This document shows, piece after piece, positions 61,911-64,000 of a stretch of DNA of 64,000 bases. The translations under genes were made by a program, and so were the position numbers. The stretch lies in NCBI GenBank assembly GCA_010093815.1, contig ML996566.1; one strand, 5' to 3'. How positions within the stretch are numbered: position 1 is the first letter of the stretch; every line of letters starts with the position of its first letter. The notes beneath the pieces are model-generated. The model did not search any database, had not been told where the DNA came from, and worked only from the letters and a program-made list of their open reading frames with translations. The DNA comes from Pseudovirgaria hyperparasitica (Eukaryota).

Positions 61911-63197
61911 ATGGCTGGGCGACGCACCACTCGAGTACAGTCACTGACTGGAATCGGTGTCGACCGCGTGGGCGCACTGGCAGCTCAAAAGGAAGAAACG
62001 CCCGTCGCAACGCCCGATGTTGGAAAGCGGCATACCCGCCCGCTTCGGATGGAAAATCTAGACACTGACATTCCCCCTCGATCTATCGCCCTCGAAACCA
62101 CGATTACGGCTATATCAAGTAGGGAAGACAACAGTTATCTACCATTCATTGGCCAACTAGGCCTTCGCAAGGCTGCAGCGTCTCATGTGTCTCGAATGAC
62201 CGGAGGCGTTACTCAGTACTCTGGTGAGAACAATTGCGTTATCACAGCTGGTGGCCTCAGTGGGGTTCTAAACACGCTATTTTCAACTGTCGAGCCTGGC
62301 GAAGGTGTTCTGTTGACTGATCCCACTTACATCGGACTTATTAATCGTGTGAAGCTCGTCGGGGCTATACCAGTCCTCCTACCGCTAGAATTCCACTCAG
62401 GTAACCCGTGGAGATTCCCGCGTGAAACCTTGCTTGACTTCATCGAGTCCTCACAGGCTAAGGATAACATTCGGATCACTGCTATTTTATTGAGTTCACC
62501 AGCGATGCCGTCTGGGATGTACCTCAATGAGGAGGACTGGCGAGCCGTGGCAGATGTCTGCATTGCCCGTGATATGTTACTGATCTACGATGCTGCATTC
62601 GAACGACTTCTCTTTGACGACCGAACAGTCGTTCATCCCGCTTCATTCCATGGGATGGAGGAAAGGACTATTACCATTGGAAGTGCGTCAAAAGAGCTGC
62701 GCCTGATTGGATGGCGTGTGGGTTGGGTAGTTGGACCGACCTGGGTGATTGCTGATATACGGCTAGTGGGGATGGCAAATGTTGTCGTCCCTGTTGGGAT
62801 CGCCCAGAAAGCAGCGAGGGTAGCCCTGGAAGATTCCGATAATGACTGTCTTGAGTTCACCAGGGAGTTGCAAGCCAGACGCGACCTATTGATAAAGGAG
62901 CTGAAGGGTCTCCCAATAGGTATCCCGGCTGGGGGATGGTCTTTTGTCCTTCAAGTTGAGAACGGGGCGGAAGCATCAAGAGCATTAATGGAAGCAGGAA
63001 TATACGTCACTCCGATGAATGGCTGGGGAAATACTCATGGTAAAAATTTCATCAGATTCGTATTCTCGAATGAGCCGTGCCATCGACTGGAGGGTATTGG
63101 CATGAAGGTGAGAGCTGCGCTTAGACTCTCATACCAGTCTTACGACTCGGAGATCACAAGAAAGTGCTTTTTATGCAATGTTTGTTCACTCGTATAA
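61911..63197 (+). CDS. PLP-dependent aminotransferase class I/II, intronless
   Basis: YLPFIGQLGLRKA, VITAGGLSG, TDPTY, SPAMPSG, LIYDAAFE, TITIGSASKELRLIGWRVGW (PLP lysine) and FIRFVF. Confidence 0.92.
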   Translation: MAGRRTTRVQSLTGIGVDRVGALAAQKEETPVATPDVGKRHTRPLRMENLDTDIPPRSIALETTITAISSREDNSYLPFIGQLGLRKAAASHVSRMTGGVTQYSGENNCVITAGGLSGVLNTLFSTVEPGEGVLLTDPTYIGLINRVKLVGAIPVLLPLEFHSGNPWRFPRETLLDFIESSQAKDNIRITAILLSSPAMPSGMYLNEEDWRAVADVCIARDMLLIYDAAFERLLFDDRTVVHPASFHGMEERTITIGSASKELRLIGWRVGWVVGPTWVIADIRLVGMANVVVPVGIAQKAARVALEDSDNDCLEFTRELQARRDLLIKELKGLPIGIPAGGWSFVLQVENGAEASRALMEAGIYVTPMNGWGNTHGKNFIRFVFSNEPCHRLEGIGMKVRAALRLSYQSYDSEITRKCFLCNVCSLV

Positions 63198-64000
63198 TGG
63201 GGCAGGCAGTCAGAATCCTCAACAGTGCATTGCCAAGAATATTGGATATCTGGTTGCCTTGAGGGCTGGATCTAAATCTCCACATGTTGGACTAGTCCCA
63301 ACTATGCTTTTCGAATTGTTCTTATAGCAATGCGACATCGTAAGAAGGGCATGTATCAGCTCGACGATCAGACCATAAGGCCCTCCATCCTCATTCAGGT
63401 GAGGCTGCACATGGCACTGCCACTGCGCATCCATCGTCTCGTGGGGGCCTCAAAGAACAGTACCCACTGGCTGTGGCTGGTGTGCAGGCCTGTTTCTCAT
63501 GGAGGACGCCAAAGGTTGATCGACGGCCACTCAAGCATCTTTTCGGATTAGACGAGTTCTATATTTATATAAACATAGGCAGGTCACAGGTGGTCGCACG
63601 GACCCCTGCAGATGAAGCTCAACTCCATAAATGTTTTTTTTTAAAATACTCGTTGGATTAGATGGTCGGAACACATCACCTGTTATGCCAACCAGTCTCA
63701 ACACATCTTCAACTACCCAGCTACGATACCATCACGTTCGCGCACAAGTAAGAGTCTTAACAGTAGTAGCATCATCACCCGAACGAAGATGCAGAGCCGG
63801 TCAAAATTTTCATCTCCTATTGATCAGCATTTTCCATCCAGCGACCTCAAAGTGGCGGCTTAGCCATCATCGGCCGAGCGTTCTAGTCCCGCGCCAATAG
63901 ATGGGTTGTTCCGTTATCTCCTACTTAGTCTTCTTTTCGCCACCTTAAATTCATTCTCGAATGCTGCCTTAGTTGTTGTGTATCAATTCTGCTACCTAGT

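Overview
Intron-rich genomic DNA from a filamentous ascomycete (Pezizomycotina): short GT-AG introns with CTRAY branch points and one 20-N assembly gap. About 25 protein-coding loci are supported. Housekeeping genes are PUT2 (partial), NUG1, a HAD glycerol-phosphate phosphatase, DBR1, a Swt21/TCAB1-like WD40, PET8, a WDR48/UAF1-like WD40 and CEF1. There are two transcription factors (a homeobox protein and an AflR-like Zn2Cys6 protein) and one intron-containing tRNA-Gly(GCC). Accessory genes include a terpene synthase tail-to-tail with a 7-TM membrane protein, a DUF4139 protein, a sedolisin, a Cys-rich secreted protein, a BTB protein, a frameshifted gene and an intronless PLP aminotransferase. 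The main finding is a 440-bp non-autonomous hAT-type element (60699-61138; perfect 21-bp TIRs, 8-bp TSD ATGTTGTC) inserted exactly on the start codon of a small putative mitochondrial protein gene. It carries a splice donor in its left TIR and a branch point plus acceptor near its right end. Splicing would leave a 51-nt in-frame, stop-free footprint, making it an introner-like transposon. A two-exon micro-ORF with an in-frame UGA (11803-12333) is also noted. All family calls come from motif recognition by eye; no database searches were run.
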